Shown in pieces: positions 17,048 to 27,001 of a stretch of 48,591 nt of DNA. The DNA is taken from positions 1 through 48,591 of the IMG/VR virus record IMGVR_UViG_3300003406_000172; one strand, written 5' to 3'. Below the pieces are notes generated by a model. The model made no database searches. It was not told the DNA's origin and saw only the letters and a program-made list of their open reading frames with translations. Numbering within the stretch: position 1 is the stretch's first letter; the number at the start of each line of letters is the position of its first letter. Source of the DNA: a virus. Its lineage: Duplodnaviria > Caudoviricetes. A program made the position numbers and the translations under genes.

Positions 17048-17687
17048 ACAGCCGTGGGCATCGTTAATTGTCCAGGGCATTAAAGACATAGAAAATAGGA
17101 CATGGAAAACGAATTTCAGAGGGAGAATCTATGTGCATGCTTCTGGAAACCCTTTGTGCACTTTCTTTTCAAAAAATACGCTTAGAAACATTGGTTTCAG
17201 TGATGAAATGATTGAAGCACTACTATTATCAGATTGCCTGATAAATACAGAAGTAAAAAAACTATCTGCCATCATCGGAGAAGTTGACATAATCGATTGT
17301 GTAATTAATCACGAAAGCATTTGGGCGGAGAAATCGCATTATCCGATAAATCCTGCTGAACATCCAATTAAACCAATTTACAACTGGATTTTAGCAAATC
17401 CCACTCGGTATGAAAGGCCAATCCCGGCAAAGGGTAAACTTTCTTTCTGGGAGCCGGATATTGACCTGCATGAGTGCATCTGGTGTTCCGGAAAATCAGA
17501 TTACGAAAAGATGATTCAGGATGACGGTGGTGAATATTATTGCCCCGAATGTTGGGAAGAGGCTAAGCCGATCCTTCAGGCTGAAAGAAAAGAATATTGT
17601 CCAGAATGTAGCATTGGGCTTAATAGTAGAGAATCTGAAATGTGTTTTTGTCAAAATTGTAAAGCGAGTTGGAATAATGAAACTTGA
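17028..17687 (+). CDS. ASCH domain protein with C-terminal zinc ribbons
   Basis: MKALSIKQPWASLIVQGIKDIENRTW, KGKLSFWE, then four CxxC pairs. Confidence 0.88.
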   Translation: MKALSIKQPWASLIVQGIKDIENRTWKTNFRGRIYVHASGNPLCTFFSKNTLRNIGFSDEMIEALLLSDCLINTEVKKLSAIIGEVDIIDCVINHESIWAEKSHYPINPAEHPIKPIYNWILANPTRYERPIPAKGKLSFWEPDIDLHECIWCSGKSDYEKMIQDDGGEYYCPECWEEAKPILQAERKEYCPECSIGLNSRESEMCFCQNCKASWNNET

Positions 17688-18114
17688 ATATCTTAAAGAG
17701 TATTGGTGTTCTGTCATCGTGTATGATCATAGAGGTCGTGCATACGGACATATAGATCAACTACACTGGAACGGAATGAGCTTACATCACCTAACACGCT
17801 GGCACTGGTATTTTGATTATAGAGCTGCATTGCTGAAGGTGCAGAATCCCAAATGTGATGTTATACTCTCCAAGGGTCAAAGCGAACCAACCACCAAGAC
17901 ACTGCAACAATTCTATAAGGATAAGATGGCCGGAAAGAAAAAGATGATAACAAAACTATCAAATGCATTACGTGAATATGAAGACGAACTTACAAAGACA
18001 AGTCTTTTCGGTGCAGATGAAGTTGATGTTCGGTACACTAATACAAAAGAGAAGTTAGCAAAATACCAAAGAGAGCTGAAAGATTTGGAAGCAGAGTTTA
18101 ATGGCATCCAGTGA
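17677..18114 (+). CDS. Hypothetical protein
   Basis: ATG at 17677 overlapping the ASCH stop; C-terminal coiled coil. Confidence 0.6.
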   Translation: MKLEYLKEYWCSVIVYDHRGRAYGHIDQLHWNGMSLHHLTRWHWYFDYRAALLKVQNPKCDVILSKGQSEPTTKTLQQFYKDKMAGKKKMITKLSNALREYEDELTKTSLFGADEVDVRYTNTKEKLAKYQRELKDLEAEFNGIQ

Positions 18115-18233
18115 CAAATATTTATCAATAATGTAAAACATCGCTATAATATTGTGAATAACCCAATAAAAAACACCAATAAAGCGCAAAATCATTAACA
18201 AACTGTTAATAAAATGTTAAAATTTCAATCAAA

Positions 18234-18329
18234 AAGGTACTTCCGGAGCGGTTTGCTCTACGGCGCTACGAGGCGCAAAAAAACGTTAGTTACAGAATTT
18301 TTTAAAGGTACGCAGTAAGGTACGCAAGA
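18234..18329 (+). other. Candidate cos/packaging region
   Basis: GC-rich patch with short hairpins (gagcggtttgctc; gcgctacgaggcgc) and aaggtac x3 directly upstream of a lambda-type terminase small subunit. Confidence 0.5.
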
Positions 18330-18331
18330 CT

Positions 18332-18871
18332 ATGGAAAAAACATCAATTCGAGGATATGCCAGATTACGGGGAATCACTGAAGGAGCGGTAAGAAAAGCT
18401 ATTAAAACAGGCGTAATTGTAAAAGGTTTTGACACCGCCGAAAAAAAGATAATCATCAAAGAAGCTGACAAAGAATATGGCAATGTTGTCTCCATTAAAA
18501 AAATAAATGAGCGGATAAAAGAATCTATTTCTCAAGAAGATTTGGAAATGTACAGCGGCGTGAAGGTCATGGATATTCAACTGATGCCAAACGACACTGA
18601 ACCAGAAGCCAAACGAAAGTCCACAATCATCGACGGACAGTTGAAGCTTTTAAAACTCAAAACCCAAAGCGGTGAATTAGTAAACAAAGAAGATGTTTAT
18701 AAAGAACTGTTTGCTTTCGGTAAAGAAATCCGAATGAATCTTCAGGCAATTCCATCCCGAATTATAGACCGTATTATCACCCTCGACCGGAAAGAAGCAC
18801 ACAAACTACTCATAGAAAGCATTAATGAAGCTCTTTCAAAACTAACAACCAACGAAAACGATAAAGAATGA
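18332..18871 (+). CDS. Terminase small subunit (Nu1-like)
   Basis: N-terminal wHTH (SIRGYARLRGITEGAVRKAIKTG), GELVNKEDV and LQAIPSRI motifs; overlaps terL. Confidence 0.85.
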   Translation: MEKTSIRGYARLRGITEGAVRKAIKTGVIVKGFDTAEKKIIIKEADKEYGNVVSIKKINERIKESISQEDLEMYSGVKVMDIQLMPNDTEPEAKRKSTIIDGQLKLLKLKTQSGELVNKEDVYKELFAFGKEIRMNLQAIPSRIIDRIITLDRKEAHKLLIESINEALSKLTTNENDKE

Positions 18872-20703
18872 ACATCGCCGGATTCCTGCATGGCTTAAAA
18901 CCAGAACCGTTACTTTCCGTAAGCCAGTGGGCTGATCGTTACCGCCTTTTAGATTCTAAAAGTTCCGCAATGCCTGGACCTTTCAGAACATCTGTCACTC
19001 CATTTCTAAGGGAAATAATGGATAATCTTGGAGAATATGCAGAAGCGGAAGAGGTTATTGTTATGAAGGGAGCACAATTGGGTGTGACAGAAGCAGGCCT
19101 GAACTGGATCGGCTACACTATCGACATTTCGCCTTGTCCTATGCTTTTTGTAGAACCCACAAAAGACGTGGTAGAACTTGTTTCCAAGACCAGAATACAA
19201 CCCATGCTGGAAAGTACGCCATCATTAGCCGAAAAAGTAAAACCTGCCAAAAGCCGTGACAGTGGTAACACACTCACAAAAAAAGAATTTCCCGGCGGTG
19301 TGCTCAGGTTGGCCGGTGCCAATTCAGCTGCAGGCCTCAGAAACATGCCCGTGAAAAGACTGATGCTTGATGAGGTAGATGCTTACCCGATCGATCTTGA
19401 CGGTGAAGGAAACGCAATTGATCTGGCAAAAAAGAGAACTTCAACGTTTGCGAACAGGAAAATATTTATACTCTCAACTCCTACTACAAAATTAAGCAGC
19501 GTAATAGAACCGCTTTTTGAAAGTACAGATCAACGGTATTATCACGTTCCTTGTCCACATTGTGGAGGCTTGCAACACCTGAAATGGGAAAATCTGAAAT
19601 ACACCTATAACAAAAATGCCAAAATAGCCAACGATGTGTATTACCAATGTGAACATTGTTTAGAACCTATTCAGGAAAGGTATAAAACTAAAATGTTGGA
19701 AGCCGGATCATGGATACCAGCAGCAATAGAGAATCAAAACAAAAAAAGAGTTGGCTATCATGTCAATTCCATGTATTCTCCATTGGGTTGGAAATCTTGG
19801 GAAGATCTTGCAATAGAATATGAGGAGGCAAAAGGTGACACTCCCAAAATGAAAACTTTCTACAACACCTCTTTAGGATTGACATTTGAAGAAAGCGGCG
19901 AAAAGCCAGAATGGGAAGCATTATACAGCCGTCGTGAAGATTATCCGGTCAACAAAATACCAACAGATGAGGTGGCATTTCTCACCGCCGGTGTGGATAT
20001 TCAAAAGGATAGGATAGAACTTGAGATTGTAGGATGGTGCGAGGGGAAAGTTTCCTATTCAATAGATTTCAGAGTGCTCACCGGATTTGTGGCCGGAGAT
20101 GGTAACGCGGCCGTGTGGCAAAAACTCGCATCCGTTCTGGAAGAAAGTTGGGAAAAACCAAACGGCACCGTTCTTCCAATCCGGATGATGTGCGTGGATA
20201 GTGGAAACTGGTCAAGTGAGGTGTATGCGTTTTGTGGCCGTTATCCGCAATCCAGAGTAGTACCTATCAAGGGACGGGATAATCAGATCACCGTGGTTGC
20301 AACTCCAAAAGCCGTCAATGTCTCCCGAAAAAACAAATCTATAGACGGGGTCAAAGTTTGGCACGTAGGCGTGTCAATGCTCAAATCAGAATTGTACGGA
20401 TGGTTGCGGGTAGGTGAAGATGATCCGGGATACTGCCATTTCCCACAATACGATGAAAACTATTTCAAAGGACTTACAGCTGAAGAGTTAATTCTAACAA
20501 AAAACAAAAATGGTCAACTGGTAGAACGGTGGGTTAAAAAGTTTAACCGAAACGAACCCTTAGACACCAGAATATACGCCCGTGCAGCCGCTCACATGGT
20601 AGGGATGGATAGTTTCACACCCGCCGTTTGGGAAGCTTACCGGAAAAACGGAATTACAAAAAAAGAACCTAAAAAAAGAAAATCAAACTACTGGAATAAA
20701 TAA
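18868..20703 (+). CDS. Terminase large subunit (lambda GpA family)
   Basis: VSQWADRYR, KGAQLGVTE, LDEVD, STPT, CPHCG, AGVDIQ, RNEPLD. Confidence 0.96.
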   Translation: MNIAGFLHGLKPEPLLSVSQWADRYRLLDSKSSAMPGPFRTSVTPFLREIMDNLGEYAEAEEVIVMKGAQLGVTEAGLNWIGYTIDISPCPMLFVEPTKDVVELVSKTRIQPMLESTPSLAEKVKPAKSRDSGNTLTKKEFPGGVLRLAGANSAAGLRNMPVKRLMLDEVDAYPIDLDGEGNAIDLAKKRTSTFANRKIFILSTPTTKLSSVIEPLFESTDQRYYHVPCPHCGGLQHLKWENLKYTYNKNAKIANDVYYQCEHCLEPIQERYKTKMLEAGSWIPAAIENQNKKRVGYHVNSMYSPLGWKSWEDLAIEYEEAKGDTPKMKTFYNTSLGLTFEESGEKPEWEALYSRREDYPVNKIPTDEVAFLTAGVDIQKDRIELEIVGWCEGKVSYSIDFRVLTGFVAGDGNAAVWQKLASVLEESWEKPNGTVLPIRMMCVDSGNWSSEVYAFCGRYPQSRVVPIKGRDNQITVVATPKAVNVSRKNKSIDGVKVWHVGVSMLKSELYGWLRVGEDDPGYCHFPQYDENYFKGLTAEELILTKNKNGQLVERWVKKFNRNEPLDTRIYARAAAHMVGMDSFTPAVWEAYRKNGITKKEPKKRKSNYWNK

Positions 20704-20713
20704 ATAATAAAGC

Positions 20714-21085
20714 ATGAAAACAAAAACAGCCATCATCTATGTAGAAAACTGGAAACTCGTACCTCAGTACCAGCTTGCCATATCAGCAGCATGCGATTAT
20801 TACAACAAAACCCGGGAGGAGCTTTTTGAGCCGTCAAAAACAGCTGAACATTCCCGGCAAAAATATATCACATTTTATATCCTGAAACACGATTGCCAGC
20901 TAACCGATAATGATATTGCCAATATCACCGGAACCACACGCCAAAACGTAGCACGGGGCGTAAATACGGTAGATGTAAGGAAAAGAATCTATTTGCAAAG
21001 TGCTTGCGACTATGAGAATATCAAACTAAAATTAGCACATTTGTTAAAACAACAGCAGGAATGGATACAGCAGCTTTCACTTTAG
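20714..21085 (+). CDS. HTH protein between terminase and head genes
   Basis: LTDNDIANITGTTRQNVARGV helix-turn-helix. Confidence 0.65.
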   Translation: MKTKTAIIYVENWKLVPQYQLAISAACDYYNKTREELFEPSKTAEHSRQKYITFYILKHDCQLTDNDIANITGTTRQNVARGVNTVDVRKRIYLQSACDYENIKLKLAHLLKQQQEWIQQLSL

Positions 21086-21276
21086 AACAATATAACGCCC
21101 TCAATAACTCCATCGCACAGGGTACACTCACTGTAACTTATGGAGATAAAACAGTCACTTACAGAACGTTGGATGAGATGCTGCGAATCAGAAGTATCAT
21201 GATGGCAAACCTCGGATTGTTACCTAATAACGGCAGTAGAAAATTAGCCACCTTCAGTAAAAATTGGAAAAAATGA
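21061..21276 (+). CDS. gpW-like head-tail joining protein
   Basis: IAQGTLTVTYGDKTVTYRTLDEM; lies between terL and portal. Confidence 0.88.
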   Translation: MDTAAFTLEQYNALNNSIAQGTLTVTYGDKTVTYRTLDEMLRIRSIMMANLGLLPNNGSRKLATFSKNWKK

Positions 21277-22727
21277 GCAAACTAAATTTTTTAGACAAAA
21301 CAATATCATTCTTTAGCCCGGAAGCCGGATTCAAAAGAGTTCAAAAAAGAACCGCTATAGAAATCATACAGCGAAGTTACGAGGGTGCCAGAAAAGACCG
21401 CCGTACACGTGGCTGGAACGTAAATGAATATGCCGAAAATGCACAATTAGCCGAAATCAAAACCCTCAAAAGCAGAAGCCGGGATTTGTACAGAAATAAT
21501 CCATTTTCATTTCGGGCGCACAATTCTATCGCAAACAATAGCACCGGAAAAGGGATCGTTCCGGCCGTTCAGGATGATAAGCTGAAAAAAGTCTGGAAAG
21601 AATGGGCGCATAGTACCGATGTTGATTTTGATGGAAATCAAACATTCTACGGAATCCAGAATCTCATAATGAGAACATTGTCAATGCACGGTGAAGTGCT
21701 GGTTTTGAGAATAAAAACAAACTCAAAAAGAGCAGTTCCGCTCGAGCTGAAAACGCTTTCTTCCAAATATCTGGACACCTCCAAAGATACCACCAAAACC
21801 AAAACAGGCGGTTACATCACCGGTGGAATAGAATTTTCAGAAAAAGGAAAAAGATTAGGGTACCACATCTATGATAAAGATCCTGAAATTGATTACTCTC
21901 CATCCACTTTCTGGAAAGATGAAGATGTTATCCATTTGTTTTTTCAGGACGAACCTGGGCAAATGCACGGCGTACCTTTCGGAACGCCTTCTATGATGTC
22001 GCTAAGGGATTTTGATGATTATGCAGATGCGCAGCTGATGCGCCAGAAAATAGCAGCATGCTTTGCTATTTTCATAACAAAGAATGATGCTGATATGAGT
22101 GGAATGAACGTGGTTACAGAATCATCCGAAAGCGATTTAGATTACATAGAGCCTGGAATCATTGAACATCTTGATCCCGGTAAATCAGTCACCTTTGCAT
22201 CTCCACCTCCGGCAGAAGGGTATGGTGAATATTCGCGAAATGTTTTGACGGGCGTTGCATCAGGATACGGTATGAGCTATGAAGCTATGACCGGCGATTT
22301 GTCTAATGTCAATTATTCCAGTGGTCGTATGGGTTGGTTGGAATATCAACGGATGATTGAAACATGGCAGAACTTTACTCTCATCCCAAAACTTTGTGCA
22401 AAAGTTTGGAAATGGTTCAGAGAAGCCGGAATTCTTATAGGATATTTATCTGACAAAACACCTATATCAATAGAATGGACAGCACCAGGCAGAATGATGA
22501 TCGATCCTGCAAAAGAAGTGAAGGGTTACTTAGCACAAGTACGTGCAGGATTCATGTCATGGCAGGAAGCTGTCAGGTTGTTAGGATATGCGCCGGAAGA
22601 GGTTTTGGCCGAACTCAAGCTGGCAAAAGATCTGTTTGATGAAAAAGAACTAAAACCGGAATGCGACCCTCGTTTTGATTCCGCTAAAATGGAAAAAACA
22701 CAGACAGATGATACAGATACGGATTGA
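21273..22727 (+). CDS. Portal protein, lambda family
   Basis: RSRDLYRNN, PGQMHGVP, TGDLSNVNYSSGRMG, IDPAKE. Confidence 0.95.
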   Translation: MSKLNFLDKTISFFSPEAGFKRVQKRTAIEIIQRSYEGARKDRRTRGWNVNEYAENAQLAEIKTLKSRSRDLYRNNPFSFRAHNSIANNSTGKGIVPAVQDDKLKKVWKEWAHSTDVDFDGNQTFYGIQNLIMRTLSMHGEVLVLRIKTNSKRAVPLELKTLSSKYLDTSKDTTKTKTGGYITGGIEFSEKGKRLGYHIYDKDPEIDYSPSTFWKDEDVIHLFFQDEPGQMHGVPFGTPSMMSLRDFDDYADAQLMRQKIAACFAIFITKNDADMSGMNVVTESSESDLDYIEPGIIEHLDPGKSVTFASPPPAEGYGEYSRNVLTGVASGYGMSYEAMTGDLSNVNYSSGRMGWLEYQRMIETWQNFTLIPKLCAKVWKWFREAGILIGYLSDKTPISIEWTAPGRMMIDPAKEVKGYLAQVRAGFMSWQEAVRLLGYAPEEVLAELKLAKDLFDEKELKPECDPRFDSAKMEKTQTDDTDTD

Positions 22728-23391
22728 GGACGAAACTAAAGCATTACAGCACCTTAAAAAACAACTCAGCGAAAAGCAGTTAAAAAAGGTAACCGCATGG
22801 AGCATCAATAGAGGTATTGCTTCTGCAAACACTATTTATAGAAGAGCAGTTTCCGCACATTACAATATCAAACAGATGGATGTTGGAAAGGCCATAACAG
22901 CAAAAAGAGCTACTCAAAGCAAACCGGTGGGCACTATATCTGCTCGCCGAAATCCGCTCAGTCTTTCACGTTTTAATCCATCTTTTACTGATGGAGATAC
23001 TGTCATTACCATCAAATCTATCAAAAGTAAAGAAACTGGAAAAAGAGCATTAGAGCGAAAGTCGAAAAAAGCGAACCGCAATACAAGAGGACTTAAAGGC
23101 GTGAGCTTTCAAATTCGGAAGGGACATACTGAAAGATTACCATACGCTTTTATGACCAGATCAGCGAATGATGTTAATGTCGGTGTAGAAAAACAAATAT
23201 TTGGAAGAGGGACATATATTGGAGGTAAATTTGAACTAAAGAAACCAAGATTTCCTATTCAAGCGTTAAAAACAGCCTCTCCTTTTGGTTTCATGACAAA
23301 GCACGAGGTTTCCGAAGCGGTCTCGAAAGGCGCATCAGCAAGTATGCACAGAGAATTTAAGCGTCTAATTCAAGAAATGATTAAAAAGTAA
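22708..23391 (+). CDS. Basic neck/minor tail protein (lambda gpZ-like)
   Basis: Very basic; AWSINRG...HYNIKQMDV pattern, YAF and RFPI motifs. Confidence 0.65.
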   Translation: MIQIRIEDETKALQHLKKQLSEKQLKKVTAWSINRGIASANTIYRRAVSAHYNIKQMDVGKAITAKRATQSKPVGTISARRNPLSLSRFNPSFTDGDTVITIKSIKSKETGKRALERKSKKANRNTRGLKGVSFQIRKGHTERLPYAFMTRSANDVNVGVEKQIFGRGTYIGGKFELKKPRFPIQALKTASPFGFMTKHEVSEAVSKGASASMHREFKRLIQEMIKK

Positions 23392-23414
23392 GTTTAGTAG
23401 CTTTTATATTGAAT

Positions 23415-23447
23415 ACGGTCCGCAAATTTTGCGGGCTGTTTTGTTTT
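23415..23447 (+). terminator. Intrinsic terminator after the packaging operon
   Basis: acggtccgcaa-att-ttgcgggctgt hairpin followed by T-rich tract. Confidence 0.7.
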
Positions 23448-23456
23448 AAAATTTGA

Positions 23457-23487
23457 AACAAAAAAAGCACAACGTATGTTGCGCTTT
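23457..23487 (-). terminator. Intrinsic terminator for hicAB
   Basis: aaagcacaac-gtat-gttgcgcttt with an A-run on the left. Confidence 0.7.
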
Positions 23488-23523
23488 AGGTGTTATTTGT
23501 AAGTTCTTTTTTTTTTAGAATTG

Positions 23524-23925
23524 TTAAGCGAAATTGTATTGCTGTAATTCTGCGGCTAATTTATGCAATCCGTTCTTAATCTGCAAGGCTTTTTTTTCGG
23601 ATAATTCTACAGAAGTTGACGAGAGTCTTCTGAGATGACTTGGATTAATTCCCAAGTATTTTGCCAATTCACTCTTGTTAAATAAAGAATAATAATCGAA
23701 GAATGTTTCTAAATCCAAGAAGTAGCTGACGGTAGCATTTCTAATTTCTTCTGCTTCTTTATTTTTACCTGTCTCTTCTAAGTAATCTGCCTGCATTTCC
23801 AAAACCTCTTTGAAGTTTTCTTTAACTTCTTCCATGGTTTCTCCGGCAGTTACCAGTCCGGGTAAATCGTTAGAATATGCGCTGTAACCAGTTCCGCTTT
23901 TTTCTAACACTAATTTTACATTCAT
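23524..23925 (-). CDS. hicB: HicB family antitoxin
   Basis: YSAYSNDLPGLVTAGETMEEVKENFKEVL plus C-terminal HTH (NKSELAKYLGINPSHL). Confidence 0.92.
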   Translation of the reverse strand: MNVKLVLEKSGTGYSAYSNDLPGLVTAGETMEEVKENFKEVLEMQADYLEETGKNKEAEEIRNATVSYFLDLETFFDYYSLFNKSELAKYLGINPSHLRRLSSTSVELSEKKALQIKNGLHKLAAELQQYNFA

Positions 23926-24079
23926 AAATGTAACGATTTTTGAGGGTTTGTCTTTGACTTTTTTACACTTTTTTTAAAGTTTAAATTTAAAATTTTTCTT
24001 TTTTGCCATGGTTTTTCATAGATGTTAAATTTAATTTTTTGCTTTCAAAATTATTATTGAAGTTCTTAAAAAGCAGGGT

Positions 24080-24265
24080 TTATTTCAACCCTGCAGATTT
24101 TAGAATAGAAAGTTCGGTACCTTTTCTGAGTTCCGTTGCCGGATGTCTCGGAAGAATTACTGTCCCTTCTTTGGTGGGATGCACGTAAATGTCGTGCTTC
24201 TTACCATGCCTTAGCAATTGCCACCCGTCCTTTGTGAGTAATCTCACCGCTTCGTTCGCTTTCAT
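24080..24265 (-). CDS. hicA: HicA family mRNA interferase toxin
   Basis: LTKDGW...GKKHDIYVHP...PRHPATELRKGTELSILKSAGL. Confidence 0.93.
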   Translation of the reverse strand: MKANEAVRLLTKDGWQLLRHGKKHDIYVHPTKEGTVILPRHPATELRKGTELSILKSAGLK

Positions 24266-24304
24266 GGTTTCTAAAAATTAAAAGAACTTCTATTAATAAC
24301 ACTG

Positions 24305-24358
24305 CAAAAATATGAAACATTTTTGTTTCTTGCAATTTTTTTGAAACATTTTTGTTAC
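24305..24358 (-). promoter_or_regulatory. hicAB promoter with two palindromic operators
   Basis: TATTTTTG -7 element (24305..24312, minus); gaaacatttttgtttc (24314..24329) and gaaacatttttgttac (24343..24358). Confidence 0.75.
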
Positions 24359-24377
24359 TTATTTTTTTTATCCTCCT

Positions 24378-24423
24378 GCAAGCAGAACGCAAGCAGAATA
24401 TCGTAAACTTTGGGCAAGTTTGC
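24378..24423 (+). promoter_or_regulatory. Candidate late promoter, copy 1
   Basis: gcaagcagaac-gcaagcagaat-N17-agtttgc; same layout at 35450..35495. Confidence 0.7.
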
Positions 24424-24426
24424 GTT

Positions 24427-26325
24427 ATGAAAACGGCAAAAATAACCCCACAATACCTACGGGCTGCTATTCAGCAAAATTCCTACAACGAAGAGGATAA
24501 CACCGTAGAGGTTGCATTTGCAACTGAAACACCCGTTAAACGTTACGACTGGAACGAAGGAAGGTATTTCTTTGAAGTTCTGGAAATCTCAAAAAAGGCG
24601 GTGGATCTTACACGGCTTCTCAGCGGTGCACCGGTTTTAAATTCTCACAATTCATACTCTCTGGATTCCATCATTGGCGTTGTAGAAAACGCATGGATAG
24701 ATGAAGCCAAATCAGAAGGGCGTGCAACTTTACGCCTTTCAGAAGAAAAAGACGATGAGGAAATTGTATCCAAAGTGAAAAAGGGCATCATCCGGAATCT
24801 CTCTGTAGGATATAAAGTGGCAGAATATACCGTAACAGAAAACGAAAAGGAATTTCCAGAATACAGGGCCACAAAGTGGACACCAATGGAAATTTCTTTT
24901 GTGGCCATACCAGCAGATCATAATGCAGGTGTCAGAAACGAAAACGACAATAATTTTAATTTAGTTAATATCAAAATGGACGAAAACACAAACACGGCAC
25001 CGGACACAGGGGTACCACCAGCGGCACCACAACCTCCACAGCCACAGGTAAACGAAGCCGAAATCCGTCAGCAGGCCGTAGAACAAGAACGCCAGAGAGT
25101 AGCCGACATTACTTCCACCTGCACATTAGCAGGTCTGGATGCTGCATTTTCGGAAAGACTGATCTCTGAAGGAACTACAATTGATGAAGCACGTGCGCAA
25201 ATCATTGATGAAGTAGCCAAAAGAGCAAATAAGGCACCTACTGTACAGGTAACGGGTGATGATGAAAAAACGAAAGAAAGAAATGCCATGATCGATGGTA
25301 TTCTGCATCGTGCCAATCCCGGATCAATCGACATTATGGGTAACGAAAAAGCCCAAAAATACGGAAACATGAGATTGCTGGATCTGGCAAAAGACAGATT
25401 GAGAACAGCAGGAGAAAATTTCTCACTCATGAGCGAGCAGGAAATTGTAAAAAGAGCATGGGCTACTACTGATTACCCTACGCTTCTTACAGCTACGTTC
25501 GACAGAACGCTCAGAAGATTCTATGAAGGTACTGTAGATGAATGGAAATTCATTGCAAGACAAGAAAACGCTACCGATTTCAGAACCAAAACAGGAATCA
25601 AAGTGGACGGAACTGTAACCTTTGATGAAATTCCTGAAGGGGGCGAATACAAGGAATCACCAATTCTTCAAGACGAAAGCGCAACCATCAAGCTGAAGAA
25701 ATTCGGAAGAAAATACAGCATCACTGATATTGCTATTATCAATGATGATCTGAGTGTATTCTCCAGACTTCCTCAAATCATGGCTATCGGAGCGCAACAA
25801 TTCCAAAGCGATTTAGTGTGGGATAATATTATCAGCAATAAAAAAGCACCGGACGGAAAAGCTTTATTCCATGCCGATCACAAAAACCTCGGAACAGCAG
25901 CTGCCATTAGTGAAGCTTCACTTACAGCGGCCAGAGTAGCCATGAGAAGACAGACAAGTCCGGCGGGTCACAAGTTAGGTCTTAGGCCTCACATTCTTTT
26001 GGTACCACCAGAATTGCAAACAGCCGCTGAGAAAATGGTGACATCCATTTTGGCATCTGCCACCAGCGATGTAAACATTTTCGCTAACACACTTAAAGTA
26101 GTAGTGTCCGACCAACTGGAAGACCCTAAAGCATGGTATATTCTTGCAGATCCTGCCAACATCTCTGTTGACGGTATTGTGTATGCGTATCTGAATGGAC
26201 AACCAGGACTAAGAACTGAAAGCCGTGTAAACTGGGATACGGATGCGTTAGAAGTGAAAGGATCCATGGCGTTTGCAACCGCAGTTTGGGGATGGCAAGG
26301 TATGTACAAGAATCCGGGTCAGTAA
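24427..26325 (+). CDS. Prohead protease / major capsid protein fusion
   Basis: N-terminal HK97-type protease (VLNSH, LSVGY, WTPMEISFVAIPAD), scaffold-like linker, Mu gpT-like capsid domain (EGGEYK, GRKYSIT...IINDDL). Confidence 0.92.
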   Translation: MKTAKITPQYLRAAIQQNSYNEEDNTVEVAFATETPVKRYDWNEGRYFFEVLEISKKAVDLTRLLSGAPVLNSHNSYSLDSIIGVVENAWIDEAKSEGRATLRLSEEKDDEEIVSKVKKGIIRNLSVGYKVAEYTVTENEKEFPEYRATKWTPMEISFVAIPADHNAGVRNENDNNFNLVNIKMDENTNTAPDTGVPPAAPQPPQPQVNEAEIRQQAVEQERQRVADITSTCTLAGLDAAFSERLISEGTTIDEARAQIIDEVAKRANKAPTVQVTGDDEKTKERNAMIDGILHRANPGSIDIMGNEKAQKYGNMRLLDLAKDRLRTAGENFSLMSEQEIVKRAWATTDYPTLLTATFDRTLRRFYEGTVDEWKFIARQENATDFRTKTGIKVDGTVTFDEIPEGGEYKESPILQDESATIKLKKFGRKYSITDIAIINDDLSVFSRLPQIMAIGAQQFQSDLVWDNIISNKKAPDGKALFHADHKNLGTAAAISEASLTAARVAMRRQTSPAGHKLGLRPHILLVPPELQTAAEKMVTSILASATSDVNIFANTLKVVVSDQLEDPKAWYILADPANISVDGIVYAYLNGQPGLRTESRVNWDTDALEVKGSMAFATAVWGWQGMYKNPGQ

Positions 26326-26348
26326 TTTAAAATAAAATCAAATTCAGA

Positions 26349-26666
26349 ATGAAAAATTTTGTACAAAATGGCGACATGCTGCATACAGTATTAGCCGATA
26401 CAGTAAAAGGCGGAGACTTGGTAATCCTGCAAGACACGGTAGGAATTGCCGTAACAGATGGTGATGGTGTGAACCTGAACGCTGTACAAACCGTAGGTGT
26501 ATTTACGCTTCCTAAGGCTACCGGAGCCATTGCGCAAGGTAAAAAAGCCTACTGGAACGTAACTGATGGTAACGTAACTGCAACGGCTTCCGGCAATACC
26601 TTAATTGGGGTTGCATGGGATTCGGCAGCATCCGCAGATACTACTGTAAATGTGAAATTAGGCTAA
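26349..26666 (+). CDS. Capsid cement/decoration protein (DUF2190)
   Basis: MKNFVQNGD...GVFTLPKA...KAYW...IGVAW. Confidence 0.88.
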   Translation: MKNFVQNGDMLHTVLADTVKGGDLVILQDTVGIAVTDGDGVNLNAVQTVGVFTLPKATGAIAQGKKAYWNVTDGNVTATASGNTLIGVAWDSAASADTTVNVKLG

Positions 26667-26668
26667 CA

Positions 26669-27001
26669 GTGGATAATGTTTTTGATGCCTTCAAAGCACA
26701 GACATTTGACCAAATAGCAACGACTATGGGCTACACCGCTACATGTAGGGGGACGGTAGCCCGTGTCTTGCTCAATACGCCAAATGTTTCTGAAAAAGTT
26801 TCTGAACATTCTTATGATTATGACAGGCCTACCTTAGAATTTAAAATTAAAGACTGGCCAGGTATAAAAGAAGCTATAGAAGCTAAAGAAGATGTAGTCA
26901 TCACCGTGCGCGGTACAGACTATTACGCTTTGAAAATCATCGGAGACGGTAACATTGCACAAGACGGCGAGGTATATAAGGTAACACTGCACCAGTCATG
27001 A
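26669..27001 (+). CDS. Head-tail joining protein (gpFII-like)
   Basis: GTG start at 26669, beta-rich, position after the cement gene. Confidence 0.6.
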   Translation: MDNVFDAFKAQTFDQIATTMGYTATCRGTVARVLLNTPNVSEKVSEHSYDYDRPTLEFKIKDWPGIKEAIEAKEDVVITVRGTDYYALKIIGDGNIAQDGEVYKVTLHQS

